Source of the DNA: Octopus vulgaris
Lineage: Eukaryota
DNA: 64,000 nt
Assembly (NCBI GenBank): GCA_951406725.2
Contig: OX597817.1
Location: forward strand, 110,360,001-110,424,000
Direction of reading: 5' to 3'
The notes under the pieces: model-generated
Database searches by the model: none
The model's input: the letters and a program-made list of their open reading frames with translations, nothing else
What the model was told of the DNA's origin: nothing
Shown: positions 26,527 through 39,526 of the stretch, piece after piece
Layout of the letters: the number at the start of each line of letters is the position of its first letter
How positions within the stretch are numbered: the stretch's first letter is position 1
Made by a program: the position numbers and the translations under genes

Positions 26527-28013
26527 GTAAATAAAATTGATTGTTTTTTTTTCTCTTTTAATATTCCCGAACCTGAAGTCTGGAAGATGTTATCTACAAA
26601 GTATTTAATTTTATTCTTTGTTTTGAGTTCTAATTCTATTGCAATCATTTTTGTACCTAATCCTTCTGAAATAATTAAAGTAAAAAACTAGTGCAGTACC
26701 AAATACATCTCATCAGATTAAGTTGATTTGGGGTTCTGGTAAAAAAAATTCATCTTAATCCTAGATTAGGACAGTAGCAGATTAATACAATAGAGTATCT
26801 GTTTAGTTTTGCACTTCTAAGTTCAGAATGCAAACCCTCTCTAAGGATATTAATAATAAGCTGTTTAATCAGTTCAGTTTATTGCATACTTTTCCCTAAA
26901 ATATTGGCCTTTTATTGATTCAAAATTGATCATTATTGATTACTTGAGTAACAAAGATTATAGTGTACATGTAAGTCTCAAGTGTGTTATACAGATGGCT
27001 TGTGAATGTTATAAGTTAAAGCTTCTTTAAGGTTAGGAAGAGGTAGTCAGTGGTGGAATTATTTTTCATTTTTATTACATGTATTCAGGAGACTTCATTC
27101 AAAGAGTACCGTTTTTCACTAATATTTACATCCTTCACTAATATACAGTGAAATATATAAACATACACACACACATATGCAAGAGAGGCTTCTACTCCTA
27201 TGGTATTGATCAACACAAGATCACAGTAGAAGACATCCGAGGTGCCATCTAGTGGGATTGAACACATAGCAACATGCTTGCAAAACAAACTTCTCAACCA
27301 TACAACCAAGTCTTCATCTATCAGAGAATTATAGGAAGTTATTTAATCCTTATTTTACCTGTAATCAACATCACCTTAAAGCATGGGCACACTAGGCACT
27401 TGTCCGAGAGCTCCACATGTCTAGGGACCAAATTTTAAAATATGTATACCATTACGCATTAACTTATGTATGTAGGCTGAACTTACGTAAAATGTTAGAG
27501 AAAGAAACCAAGCTGTTTCTAGCAACCTAGCAAAATGTCTTCATCATCTCTTAATATACCACTATTGATCTCCAATTTACTGTTTTGCTTCTGTGGATCC
27601 CAACAAATTTTAGTCAAGAACCACTGGTGTAAACAAATTTAAGATCAGTATATTTTCATTGGTTATGATCATGTATTGTCTTACCTGTATCAATATGGTA
27701 ATGGCTATTATTCACTGATGAGATCAAAATAAGACTAAAACATGCTCAGAGTTATTCACCCATTCTTATCAACAAATGGAAATAAGTATTTGTCTTGTTT
27801 ATAAGTTGAAAGTTCATCTATCTGTCAAAACTTCTTGGCATGTTCCTGCAAGAGACTAACCTGACCATCTGTACAGGCACACAAGTTGGTATTATTATAT
27901 ACTGGTCCTATTGACACTAGGAAGGATTAGGATTAATTAAATGTCATGAGGGACCTTCAAAATTATGTCTGTTAAAGTTTGTTGAAGACATTAAACTTAT
28001 TTGATTTTTGCAG

Positions 28014-28280
28014 GATTGGCGACTCCATGTCGATCAAATGCATCAACACAAGAACAACATTGAAGTCTCCATGGAAGAAACCAAGTCCTATCTTCAAGAA
28101 CTCCAAGACGAAATAGATCGATCACTAGAGAAAATTCGTAGCCGTGAGAAATACACAAACAAACAACTGGATCATTCTCTTACAGAATTCCGTGCCTTTC
28201 AGGATCAGCTAGCTGAGATCAAAGAACGATACCGACAAGCAAGTGGTGGATTAACTGACCGTTCACGTATCTTAGCTGAA
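28014..28280 (+). CDS. IFT57: IFT57 coding exon 8 (coiled coil)
   Basis: DWRLHVDQMHQHK...LEKIRSREKYTNKQL...KERYRQASGGLTDRSRILAE; tgcAG / GTAAGT. Confidence 0.95.
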
Positions 28281-28785
28281 GTAAGTCTTGCCTTACACTC
28301 TGACTGTTCTTATTATTGTTATTGTTATCATTAAGGTGGCGAGCTGGTTGAATCATTATCACACCAGTAAGAATCTCAGCAGTATTTCTTCCGACTTTGA
28401 ACGTTCTGAGTTCAAATGCTGTCAGGGTCGACTTTGCCTTTTGTTCTTTTTGGAGTTGATAAGAAAAAGCACCACTCATGGCCAGTAAAAGAAATCATTA
28501 TTATTATTATTATAGGCCATTTGCCAGCCTCGCCTGGCCTCCGTGCCGGTGGCACGTAAAAAGCACCATCCGACCGTGGCCGTTTGCCAGCCTCGCCTGG
28601 CACCTGTGCTGGTGGCACATAAAAAGCATTCACTACACTCATGGAGTGGTTGGCGTTAGGAAGGGCATCCAGCCATAGAAACATTGCCAGATCAGACTGG
28701 GCCTGGTGCAGCCTTCTGGCTTCCCAGACCCCAGTTGCACCGTCCAACCCATGCCAGCATGGAAAGCGGACGCTAAACGATGATG

Positions 28786-28810
<25 letters not shown>

Positions 28811-28816
<6 letters not shown>

Positions 28817-29742
28817 CCTCCATCTTAGCGAAGGCGGAGGTATTGTTTTCAGTCATCTTTGTTTGTCTGTGGACAAGATATTTCAAGAACCACTGGTTGG
28901 ATTCAGATGAAACTTTCAGGGATGTTTGACCTCATGACTGGCACAAACTGATTAGATTTTTGGATTGATCCAGTACTGAACAAGTATTCTGGATTATTTG
29001 TTATATTTACTTTACATGATTACAGTCTTACATTGACTTTCAAGTCTTTCTCAACTATCTCCCTTTAAGCTGTTTCCAAAGTTTTATTTTCACTTCTCTG
29101 TTATCAATTTTACTTGCGTCTCTGTCTTAGTAGAAACTGATGGATAAAGAAATCAAACTACATAAACAAACAGTACCAAAACCATTCAGAAATTAAATAA
29201 CACTAACATATTTTTTAAATATATATATTATATATTATACGTACATATTAACACTTTACAGTATACTTACATTTATACATACATCTATACATCAATTTAA
29301 AACAACAGGAATACTAAAGGAAAGCGGAATTTAAGAGAAGAGAAAGCTAAAAGGTCTCATGCTCTTCATTTAAAAATTCCTGAGTAGAAATTTATTATTA
29401 TTATTGCCTCCATCTTTGAAACTATTTTGAATGGTGAATTTGTTAACTTTGGCTTGTATTAGATAAGGATAAACTATTTATTACTGTTACTAAATTTTCT
29501 TCAGCCACCTTCGTATTCCATGACTACCGTTGGGATCGATCAGATACTGGACAGGGATTCTGAATTATTTTTCTGTTTTTTTACTTAATTTTTGAGTGCA
29601 GTTAGGTTCATTTTTAGTATTCTCGTTTGTGAAAGCAATTGAGTTTATTTCAGATATTCTCATTTTAAAAATCATCTCTAGCTAATCATTGAGAGGACAT
29701 TGGTGTTGCCTTGGTGGAGGTTTGTACTCTCTGAGTGCTCTT
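28811..29742 (+). mobile_element. Helentron-associated (HINE/DINE-1-like) non-autonomous element
   Basis: 5' ACCTCCATCTTAGCGAAGGCGGAGGT palindrome/subTIR, GTTT/GTCT microsatellite, 3' subTIR CTTGGTGGAGGT followed by the stem-loop GTACTCTCTGAGTGC. Confidence 0.65.
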
Positions 29743-29753
29743 ATGATCATTAT

Positions 29754-30217
29754 TAAGGTGGCAAGCTGACAGAATCATTAACACACTGGGGAATATGCTT
29801 AGTGGCATTCTATCCATCTATTCATTCTGAGTTCAAATTCTGCTGAGGTCAACTTTGCCTTTCATCCTTTAAAGGTCAATAAAATAAGAACCAGTTGAGC
29901 ACTGGTGTTGATGTAATTGATTTCTCCACTCCTCTGGAATTGCTGGCTATGTGCCAAAATTTGAAACCATTATTGTTATTATTATTATTATTGATGAGAA
30001 ATTAAGGTGGTGAGCTGGTAACAATGTTAGCATACCAGGCAAAATGCTTAATAGTATTTCGCTTGTTGCTATGTTCTGAGTTCAAATTCCGCCAAGGTTG
30101 ACTTCACCTTTCATCCTTTCGGGATCAATAAATTAAGAACCAGTTAAATACTGGGGTCAATGTGATTAGTTTACCCACTCCTCCAAAATTTCAAGCTTTG
30201 TGCTTACAGTAGAAAGG
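29754..30217 (+). mobile_element. Two tandem family-B SINEs
   Basis: AAGGTGGCAAGCTGACAGAAT... and AAGGTGGTGAGCTGGTAAC... heads, each with GAGTTCAAATTC. Confidence 0.8.
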
Positions 30218-31252
30218 TTATTGATGAGAAATGATCTTCAAATGTTGAGCCTCACAGAGGAGATGACAAAGGACCTAGACAGCTGGCAATATGCTGTGCT
30301 TGAGAAGACTCACTCAAAGAAGTAAAATCCATGTCATGATACCTTCCCCCTCCCACAACCTACACATGCCCACCACCACCGTTTCCCTCCTCCCCTCCAT
30401 TCTCTCTTACATCTCCAACTACCTACCTGCACACAATATACCCCTGTTAAATGCTTTCCTCTCCACCTCTAGTGCCCATCTCTTTTCTAAATCTTGTGAA
30501 CTCACTCACCTACCCACACTCACAATCTCTGTTCACTCTGCTATATACACCACTCTATAACTTGGGTGTTCAGCCCTTGCCCACTCTCTATCACATCTTA
30601 ACCATCTTTCCCTCCTCAATCTGGGGAAGCCATGTCTCTCTTCTAATGCAAGACAACTTTCTGTCCCTCAATAAAAAGCACCCAGTACACTCTGTAAATT
30701 GGTTGGCATTAGAAAGGGCATCCAGCCATAAAAATCATGTCAAAACTGACAACCAAGCTTGATATAGTCTTCTGACTTGCCTGTTCCTGTCAAACCATTC
30801 AACCCATACCAGCATGGAAAATGGACATTAAATGATGATTATTATTATCACTGAGGTAGCAGTGATGGAATTACTAGACACTTTTCATCTACTACTGATA
30901 TATTTCTGTAATTTTTAACACTTATACGTCTAGATGAGATATCTTCTTGAGATGAATACCACAGTTCCCAGGTTTTCTACTATATATCTGCATTAAGTAT
31001 GATATACTGAATGCTGTTTTGAGCTAATAGTGTTTCTGTTGCTAATAACAAAAGTTTATTTTGTGTTTTGCTTTTCTGGAGTGGAGTGAGGTAAAGCCAT
31101 GCTCATTGTTCTCTTCTATAAAGATTAGCTATCTTCTGTGTTGTCAAGATAAATCAATGTTATAGACATGTGATCAGTAGTGAATATTTGCGATGCTCAA
31201 TACTTAAAGTATAATGTCCAAGTAATGAACTCAGTGTCATTTATTTATTTAG

Positions 31253-31319
31253 ATTACAGAAGAACTTGACAAAGTGAAATCTGAAATGGAAGAAAGAGGA
31301 AACACTATGACTGATGGAG
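31253..31319 (+). CDS. IFT57: IFT57 coding exon 9
   Basis: ITEELDKVKSEMEERGNTMTDG; tttAG / GTTAGT. Confidence 0.93.
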
Positions 31320-31686
31320 GTTAGTAAAATCAGAAAAATGATTAAGTTAATATTAGCATGTATAAAGTTGGGTGCATTGAAATGTTAATTAGAAATAATT
31401 ATGTGATGAAGAAAAAAAGCAACATTAGTTCATGTTTAATACTATTTTATTTACTTTTACAAATATACATATATATTTTTTAATAATATATTATTATTAT
31501 TAATAATATAAGGAAATTAATATCAAAACTCCCCAGAAAGATATACCCGTGTGAAAATAGTTGTATTAAAAATATATAAATAAATAAATATAAATATATA
31601 TAAAAATATATGTAAATATGTATAAGTATAAATATAATATGTAGATATATATGATAGTTTAAAAGTTTTGAATTAATAATTTAAAG

Positions 31687-31778
31687 TATCTTACAATCGT
31701 TTCACAGAAGAGTTGTCCCTATAATGAAATCTTATATTGATAAGCACTTATAGACAACGCTTCTGCTCTTCAGAGATA
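31687..31778 (-). ncRNA. Type I hammerhead ribozyme motif (Penelope/retrozyme-like), antisense in IFT57 intron 9
   Basis: Minus strand reads TATCT-CTGAAGA-[long stem II]-GAAAC-GATT-GTA|AGATA; intact core and GUA cleavage triplet. Confidence 0.7.
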
Positions 31779-32087
31779 TAAAATATGAATATTATATAAC
31801 ATATCGAATGATAGTTTTTTTTTTAAATTTGAAGTAAAACTGTAAAGTGGTGTTTGTTTGAAATATAAATTAAAAATTAAAAAGTACTACTTTTGATGAG
31901 AGTCTTTAAATCCATATATACTTCCTTTTACAAATATGGAAGATAAATCTGGGCATGTCTTAGTCTTATGACAAATTTGCAAAACATAGGTCTAATCATA
32001 CACAATGTAGTGACGGAAAAATCACTAAGTATAATGTACAAGTCTGTACATTAGCTTGCAAAGAAAAGTAGAAGCATTTGAAGAATA

Positions 32088-32978
32088 TGAGGTGGTATCA
32101 AAAAGTTTTCAGACTAGTTATGCTTAATAAATAATAACTTATTTACCTAAGTTTTAACATCGTCTCCTTTGAAATAGTCACCTTGCACTGCAAAACACCA
32201 GTCCCAGCATTCCTGCCACTTTTGGAATCTGGCCTGGTAGTTGTTTTCTGTGAGTTAAGGGCCTTCAGCAATTTGCTGGATCTTGACAATGGTGTTAAAA
32301 CAGTAACCTTTGAGCTGCATTTTCATCTTGGGGAAGAGCTGGAAGTCTGCAGGTGCTAAATCTGGCAAATAGGATGGGTGCAGAAGCAATACCATGTTTT
32401 TGGTGAGAAACTCATAAGCGAGGAGAGCTCAGTGACAGGGTGCATTGTTGCCATGAAGAATCCAATTCTTCATGCTCCACAAATCTGGTTGCTTTTACCA
32501 AATGTCCTCCCTCAAGCAATTCGAGACATCATAGTAGAACTCTTGATTGACAGTCTGGCTCTGGGGGACAAATTTTCTATGCACCATGGATGTTGAAAAA
32601 ACAACGAGCATGCTCTTGATTGAGCTGTGGCTCTGTAGTGTGCCAGTGCCACTTGAAACATTGTGTATGACCCATTGCCTCATCGCCATAAGCTTGTCGA
32701 AGCATGCTCAATGTCTCTGTTGCAGAATTTCCAAGTTCAACACAAAATTTCACATTGGCTCTTTGTTGCAAATTCCTGTCCATGACAAAAATTGCAGACT
32801 ACAGCATACACCTGATCACAAAAGCACAAATTTCACAACTGGCAAAGTAAACACAACTATGTCACTCAGCACACTGCCTCATGAAGGTCATTGCTAGCTG
32901 TCACTGTGTACACAACCATGTGCTGCCATCTGTTGGCATGCTACAGAACTAGTCCAGAAACTTTTTGATACCACCTCG
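32088..32978 (-). mobile_element. Internally deleted mariner transposon
   Basis: TA-flanked TIRs of about 30 bp (GAGGTGGTATCAAAAAGTTT.C.GACTAGTT); transposase remnants MDRNLQQRANVKFCVELGNSATETLSMLRQAYGDEAM (HTH) and KSMLVVF...FVPQSQTVNQEFY. Confidence 0.9.
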
Positions 32979-33374
32979 TAAATAACTCAGGAACAGCATA
33001 AATACATGTAATATACACAGTTGTATCATTGTTTTGACATGTTTCCCTACATGTTAGTCAGACTAGGATGGGTAAAATCTTATCAAGTTGAGTCTACAAC
33101 ATTGTTTTGATAACCACCTGAAACTGTTACTCTTCACTTGAACTTCATGCATTTTTGTTCACCCATGGTTTACAGAAAGGATGTTCGCCACAAGGTAGAT
33201 TTACTCTTTTCACAAAATATAATGATTGAGTCTTCACTGAGCCTCCAATAATGTAATGGGTTATAGAATAACTTCAAGTATCTGTTAGAATGAAAGAGCA
33301 GGATGGAATTTAGTTAGAAGAAAAACATTTCTTCAATTGTGTGAAACCAAAATAGCAAGAAACTGACTCAACCT

Positions 33375-33715
33375 ATATAGGGTAAAGAACCCCTTTGGTT
33401 ATGAATGACCATGGGATTGCACTTAGAAAGTTCCTCTCAGAGGCAAAAGTCTGGGCAAGGTTATTTATGGAAGACCGGTAGCCACCCATGCATAGTAGCC
33501 TTCCCTCTCCATGACACCGATGTTATCCAAGAGAAAAGCAAAGGCTGGTACAGCTTGGCACCAGTGATGCCACAACTCATTTCTACAGCTGAATGAACTG
33601 GGACAACGTGAAATAAAGTGACTTGTTCAAGAACACAACACATACAGCCTGATCTGAGAATCAAACTCACTACCTCATGACTGAGCCTGATGTTCTAACC
33701 ACTGAGCCATGAACC
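33375..33715 (-). mobile_element. tRNA-derived SINE, family C
   Basis: Reverse complement of the 49303 and 56110 copies. Confidence 0.8.
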
Positions 33716-34245
33716 TTTACTTAATCTATATGTATATATCTGTCTCTGTGTATATATATATAAAGTTGCATGAAGCAGCATTTAATAAAATAAATTTGTG
33801 TGAAGTCATATTTTACTCATTCAAGTACAGTTGGATGTGAGAAGACCTTTCACTGCAGAAATTATCTTAGGACAAAATTCTCCTCCTTGACAACATGCGT
33901 GAAAACACATCAGGTGTAAATGTCATCACTAGATTGTTGAACATGCATTTCTGCATTTGTTTGCCTCACCAAATATGAGCACCAAATCTGCCCTTCACAA
34001 CCTGATAAGAATGATTTGTACTTATTAAAACAGCAAATGGTACATTTGCTGATGTGCATAAAATTTGATCAAACTATATATGTATGTATATATATATATA
34101 CTAGCTTAAAAGCTGCACTATGTGTGTACTTTTAGGTTAGTTCCTGTGGAGGGCTAATTATGCCCGTGGCCTAAAGCTACAGGGTGCTAAATAGCATGAC
34201 TATAATATGTCTAAAATGACTATATAGCTCCAGTGGTGTTTGATC

Positions 34246-35540
34246 AGAGATCAAAGAATCACCGCTGGGATGCTTAAAACATCTGGTTGTGTGGGTTATG
34301 GTTTAGTCACCCGTATTGTAAATCAGGTGGTTCACAAAGGAGTCATACCCAATGACTGGTGTAATAGCACCATAATCAACTGCTACAAAGGTAAAGGTGA
34401 TGACTTAGATAGAAATAATTACAGAGGTATCAAATTGTTGGATCAGGTGATGAAAGTTAGAGAGAAGGCCATAGCCCAACTAATTTGAGAGAGAGTTAGT
34501 TTAGATGAGATGCTGTTTGGTTTTTGTACTAGGGAGCAGCACCACTGATGCTATATTTCTGGTAAGGCAGCTGCAGGAGAAATACATAACCTTATCTGGT
34601 GGTCAATGTGGAAACTAGGAATAGATGAATGGTTGGCGAGAGTTGTACAAGCCATGTACAGGGATGCTACCAGTAAAGTGAGGGTTGGTATTGAGTACAG
34701 CGAAGAATTCAGGATACTAGTTGGGGTTCACCAAAGATCAGTCCTCATCCCCCTCTTGTTCATCATAATCCTCCAGGCAACTTGAGAGGAATTTAAGAAG
34801 GCTGCCCCTGGGAGCTCCTCTATGCTGATGACCTTGTTCTTATAGCTGAATCACTACCAGAACTAGAGAAGTTCCAGGAATGGAAGCAAGGTCTAGAATC
34901 AAAGGGCCTTAGAGTTAACCTAGCAAAAACCAAAGTCTTAGTAAGTTGGAAGGCAGACAAATCACAAATCCCTTCAGGTAGATGGCCAAGTTAGTAGCGA
35001 AGGTGGATGCTTTGAGTACATAGCTATGAGAATAAGAACAGGCTGGGCAAAGTTCAGAGAGGCTAGGTAAAGTTCCTACTTTTGCTGGCAACAAAGGGCC
35101 TCTCCCTCAATGACTAGTGACCAGGACCTTCAGTAATATGCTGTGCTTGAGAAGACCTGTCAAGCCAAGTGAAATAATCATGGCTGATGCTGGTGTCATA
35201 TAACTGGCACTCATGCTGGGGGCACATAAAAAGCACCTTTCGAGCATTGGGTCTCATGGAGGCAAAGTGGTCGATGCTGGTGGCATGTAAAAAGCTCCTT
35301 TCAAGTGTTGGGCCTCACAGAGGTAATGCCCGAGACCTTTGGCATTATGTCATGCTTGAGAAGAAGACCTATCAAGCCAAGTAAAATTGCAGTCATGGCA
35401 GATACCAGTGTCATGCAAATGGTACCCATTACACTCTCGGAGTGGTTGGTGTTAGGAAGGACATTCAGCCATAGAAACCATGCTAAATCAGACAGGGATT
35501 GGGTGCAGTCAAACCATCCAACCCATGCCAGCATAGATAA
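34246..35540 (+). mobile_element. RTE-clade LINE, reverse transcriptase fragments with deletions plus 3' tail
   Basis: IPNDWCNSTIINCYKGKGD..DRNNYRGIKLL, GVHQxSVL, LYADDL, VNLAKTK motifs. Confidence 0.9.
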
Positions 35541-35827
35541 CTTCTATGTGATCATTCTACTTGCAAAAAATAGCTGATAAGTCTTCTTCATGCTACACTC
35601 TGTTTCCTTGAAAAGAAGGACACATTGGATGATGTATTCTAGGATACACTAAACCTGAAAAAAACAGGTATGCCTTTAATCAGAGCTTTACTTCAATCAG
35701 CAGCAATTTGGTGAGGCTACACAACGAATTCTCTCTTTGATTTTTAGTTTTCCAACTTTGCTTTTTCTTTTAGCTTTCTCTTTTAATCTAGTTTCTCTCA
35801 TTCTCAATCTTTCTTTTTGTTTTAAAG

Positions 35828-35991
35828 CACCACTTGTTAAAATTAAGCAGACACTGCAACAGCTGAAGAAGGAATGTTCCCAGATGGATGTTCGCAGTGG
35901 AGTTGTAGAACACATTCTTTTACAAGCCAAACTGAAAGACAAGAATATTCAAAATAAACAAGCACACACTATAGAAATGCAAGAATATTAA
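35828..35991 (+). CDS. IFT57: IFT57 last coding exon
   Basis: APLVKIKQTLQQLKKECSQMDVRSGVVEHILLQAKLKDKNIQNKQAHTIEMQEY*; TAA at 35989-35991. Confidence 0.95.
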
Positions 35992-36147
35992 ATTGTGCAT
36001 AATTTTTCATACCTACTTTTTCATTAAATAATTTTCAATTATAATTCATGTAAGCATGCATGTACATTATGTATAAATGTGTGAGTGTCTGTGTGTTGAT
36101 AATAATAGAAAAAGAATACACTCTTTGTATATAAATATATATTATGA

Positions 36148-36153
36148 AATAAA
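36148..36153 (+). terminator. Candidate polyadenylation signal of IFT57
   Basis: AATAAA about 160 nt after the stop codon, followed by T/GT-rich sequence. Confidence 0.5.
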
Positions 36154-36399
36154 TATATAAATCACTATGTTTTGCCAAATTTGTTCTCTCCTATATCTTG
36201 ATCTCTAAAACCATGCTGTTTTGATTTCTGTGAACTTTTTAAATCGGCCAATTGAATAATTTCTTTCAGGCAACATGGTAATATGATTGCTCTTACAGCA
36301 TCCTCCACAGTGAAATAGTAGTTTGATTGTGAAAATTAAAACTGAAGTTTTGCCCTTATTTCACACAAGTGGAAGAGTAATAAACTGTATAGATCAATA

Positions 36400-37020
36400 G
36401 AATTTTTTGAAGAACACTCAACATCTCTTGGTCTCTGGAAGAAACAATGATACAGCTTCTTCAACAATACAACCAAATTCTGCTGTGTCTATTATTTGGA
36501 TCAAGGATTAACTGTGTGTACTTTGTTTTGACACAGTTGATTTTGAAATATTGTCACAAGTTGGAAAATATTGGCTGAACAGCAAGGTTAGATATATGTT
36601 TGTGTGATTTCCTGAAAGACAAATCAAATGTTGATAATTGATGAGGGTCCCTATCTACAAATATGGTAGTAAGTGGAGGAGCTTTCTGGGGTCTCGTTTT
36701 GTTCCTCATAATGTTGCGAAGCATAGGCAAAAATATACAACAGGCCAAAATCAGCAATTATTCAGATGACATTAAAGTCATGCTAGAAGTCAAAACAGAC
36801 AATTTTTGTGCACTCCAAGACCTAGGCGCCATATACAAGCAGACAAACGACCACAACATGTCACTCATCACCACAAACTTCATGCCCTTCATTTCAGTAA
36901 AACGGTTCCCAACAAAATGTTCAAACTTGACTCAAACGGAAATAATTAGAACTTTGTGCTCATTGTTGACCTTGGCATAGCTATGTCTGCAGGAGCATAT
37001 TTCTCTGTACATATTCACAC
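36400..37020 (+). mobile_element. Degraded CR1/Jockey-like LINE RT remnant
   Basis: VVSG...GLVLFLIM...YSDDIKV...LQDLGAIY correspond to degenerate RT motifs GVPQG..LGP.LF / YADD / LQ.DL. Confidence 0.6.
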
Positions 37021-37639
37021 ACTGTCAACTTGACAGGTTGAGAATCTGTGACCAGTTGACATTTTCTGAAGTGTTCTCTTTCTAATTGATATCGAATGAC
37101 ATGTTCAGCTGGACAACTGATCTCTACAACATCGCATGATTATTTTTTTTATGTCCAAGATAACTTTAACATATAATAGGTGTGAATGGTTTGAATTAAG
37201 AACTATTATTCAACATCAGAGCTTTTTTTTTTTTTTTCACAATGATCCATGGACAGCCTTTCATTCTGATGACTCTTTATTGCTTTAATAAGTACACATA
37301 CAACATAGAATGGTAATAACCCAATGATATTATCTTTTACTTTTTACTTGTTTCAGTCATTAGACTGCAACCATGCTAGGGCACTGCCTTGAAGAATTTT
37401 AGTTGAGGAAATCAATCCCAGTACTTATTTTTCTTAAATGCCTGATACTTATTCTTGTGGTTTCTTTTGCCAAACAGGGACATAAATGCACCAACACCGG
37501 TTGTCAGGCAGTGGTGGGGGACAAACACAGACACATACACAAATATATATATATATACACACATACACACACAAGCTTCTTCCAGTTTCCATGTACCAAA
37601 TCCACTTACAAGGTTTTGATTATTCACACATCGTCATTC

Positions 37640-38086
37640 TTGTAATGCAACACTTTGTAATTTTGGTTCAAATTGAAAGTGTGAAACTATTTTTCATTTT
37701 CTAATGAAACCTGGTCATTGTAGAGAAGTGTAATTGAAATGACTATAGCTGGTTGTTGAGATAACGTAGAAAATGTGTAAATGAAAGTAAAGTTTATTTG
37801 ACATGTGTAATTGATTTGATTGTTCTGGTCTTAACATCAGTTGATAAGAATAGAAGTCATTTGATGACACCTTTTTGTTTGTAATTGGCTATCCTGTTGC
37901 AGGTTCAATCTGTGGAATATTGAAATGATACCCATCTTGTCCATTCCACAGAATAAGCTAATAGCAGAGAGCATAAGAGGGATGAGTCTGTGAAACATGT
38001 TTATGGTTGTTATCTTGAACACAAATGAGAATATGATTTTCATGGCGATCACCAACCATAAGGTTGGCTACTTCATTAGATGTGGG
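37640..38086 (-). mobile_element. Helitron Rep/helicase coding remnant
   Basis: Minus-strand translation PTSNEVANLMVGD...VSQTHPSYALCY*LILWNGQDGYHFNI...KKVSSNDFYSYQLMLR resembles Helitron Rep (NEVA..VG, HPSYD.LQYPLLF..G.DG, FYAYRLM.R). Confidence 0.75.
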
Positions 38087-38204
38087 CTATTTAAAACAAT
38101 GTAAAATGTCCTTTACTATAGACGTAAGGAATGCAGAAACACACTCATAGAATTGATAATATTGAAAACAGCAAAATGTACACATACAATGTTCAAGCAA
38201 AATG

Positions 38205-38387
38205 AAATGTAGTCAATATAGGTGCAAAACATACTTTCTGTAGCATAATTATGCTATAAAAAAATGGTAAGTCACCAATTTAGCAAAAGCTACTAAATGT
38301 AGTCAATATAGGTGCAAAATACAATTTCTTTTTGTGGCATAGTTATGCTATAAAAAATGGAAAGTCACCAATTTAGCAAAAGTTACT
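38205..38387. repeat. Tandem duplication, 2 x about 90 bp
   Basis: AAATGTAGTCAATATAGGTGCAAAA... starts at both 38205 and 38295. Confidence 0.85.
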
Positions 38388-38824
38388 GTGCATCACCAAT
38401 GTAACAGAGTACATAAAGTCAACATTTATTTGGAACATGTACTAAATGTTATAAAATTTACAATTGAATATCATGGTGAAGAAAATGAAAGTCCAAGAAA
38501 ATTCAGAAGGCATAATTCAATTTTTCATACGAACATAATTTATTTTACAATTTTGAAACGAACACTGAACCAAGTGTATAGAAAGGAAGATGCTTTTGTT
38601 GTGATGTTGATTTAAAATATTTGCTGAATGATGTATGTGGGAAGATATGAATTAATTTGACATTACTACATATTTTTTAACTGTATAATGTTAAAGGCTG
38701 TAGAATAAACACTGACTAACGCAGTAAAAAGGTTGTGCGATGTTGATACTCACAGTGATGAAGAAACTTGGGAGGACTGTTAAAAAGTTATCTTGAAACT
38801 AGTTAGAAAGAGTGCAATAACATT

Positions 38825-39041
38825 TCATCATCATCGTTTAACGTCCGTTTTCCGTGCTAGCACGGGTTGGACGGTTCGACCGGGGTCTGGGAAGCCAGGG
38901 GCTGCACCAGGCTCCAGTCTGATCCGGCAGAGTTTCTACAGCTGGATGCCCTTCCTAACACCAACCACTCCGCGAGTGTAGTGGGTGCTTTTTACGTGCC
39001 ACCTGCACAGGTGCCAGGGGGGTCTGGCATCGGCCACGATC
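38825..39041 (-). mobile_element. RTE LINE 3' tail, 5'-truncated and little diverged
   Basis: (CAT)n tail plus conserved 3' UTR with retained CpGs; similar tails at about 470-800(-), 9060-9317(+), 14345-14515(-), 28517-28790(+), 51737-52182(+). Confidence 0.85.
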
Positions 39042-39526
39042 AGTTGGAGCTTTTAACGTAATTATATTGAAAGAGCCACTGAAGATTTCTACTTTGTCAA
39101 GTTTCTGAATTTGTTATAATAACCAGAATAACATTTTTTTCAGATATATTTGCAAATATTGTGAGTGGTGTTAAATCAGCCAAATCTTCATGTTGGTAGT
39201 ACTTCAAAGTGAATGCTGTTGTTCGTTTAAAGTCAGGCTGCAACTGAACTTTCAATATCGGCGCATTTGACTGTTTGGCGGGAGAAAGTTACATACATAA
39301 ACTAAAACACACACGCACGCACACATACATTAATGCACACCTGAAGCCTAATAGAAAATGTGATGTCATTGTCATTGTGGTGGTGATATAAAATGTCATT
39401 TACTATAGGTGTCTAAAGGAAAACTACAAAGTTTTTGATACTCCATATGTCAAAATCAGCAACTCAGTTTTGGAATGCATACACATACAAACTCTCTTTT
39501 ATGTATATATATACAATATAAGATAA

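Larger units (their letters stand above)
13015..35991 (+). other. IFT57: Gene model: intraflagellar transport protein 57 homolog, join(13015-13172,15247-15355,16541-16594,18971-19089,20161-20257,22197-22277,26404-26526,28014-28280,31253-31319,35828-35991), 1239 nt, 412 aa
   Basis: All nine introns are GT-AG with consistent phases; the spliced protein is colinear with animal IFT57/HIPPI from start to stop. Confidence 0.95.
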
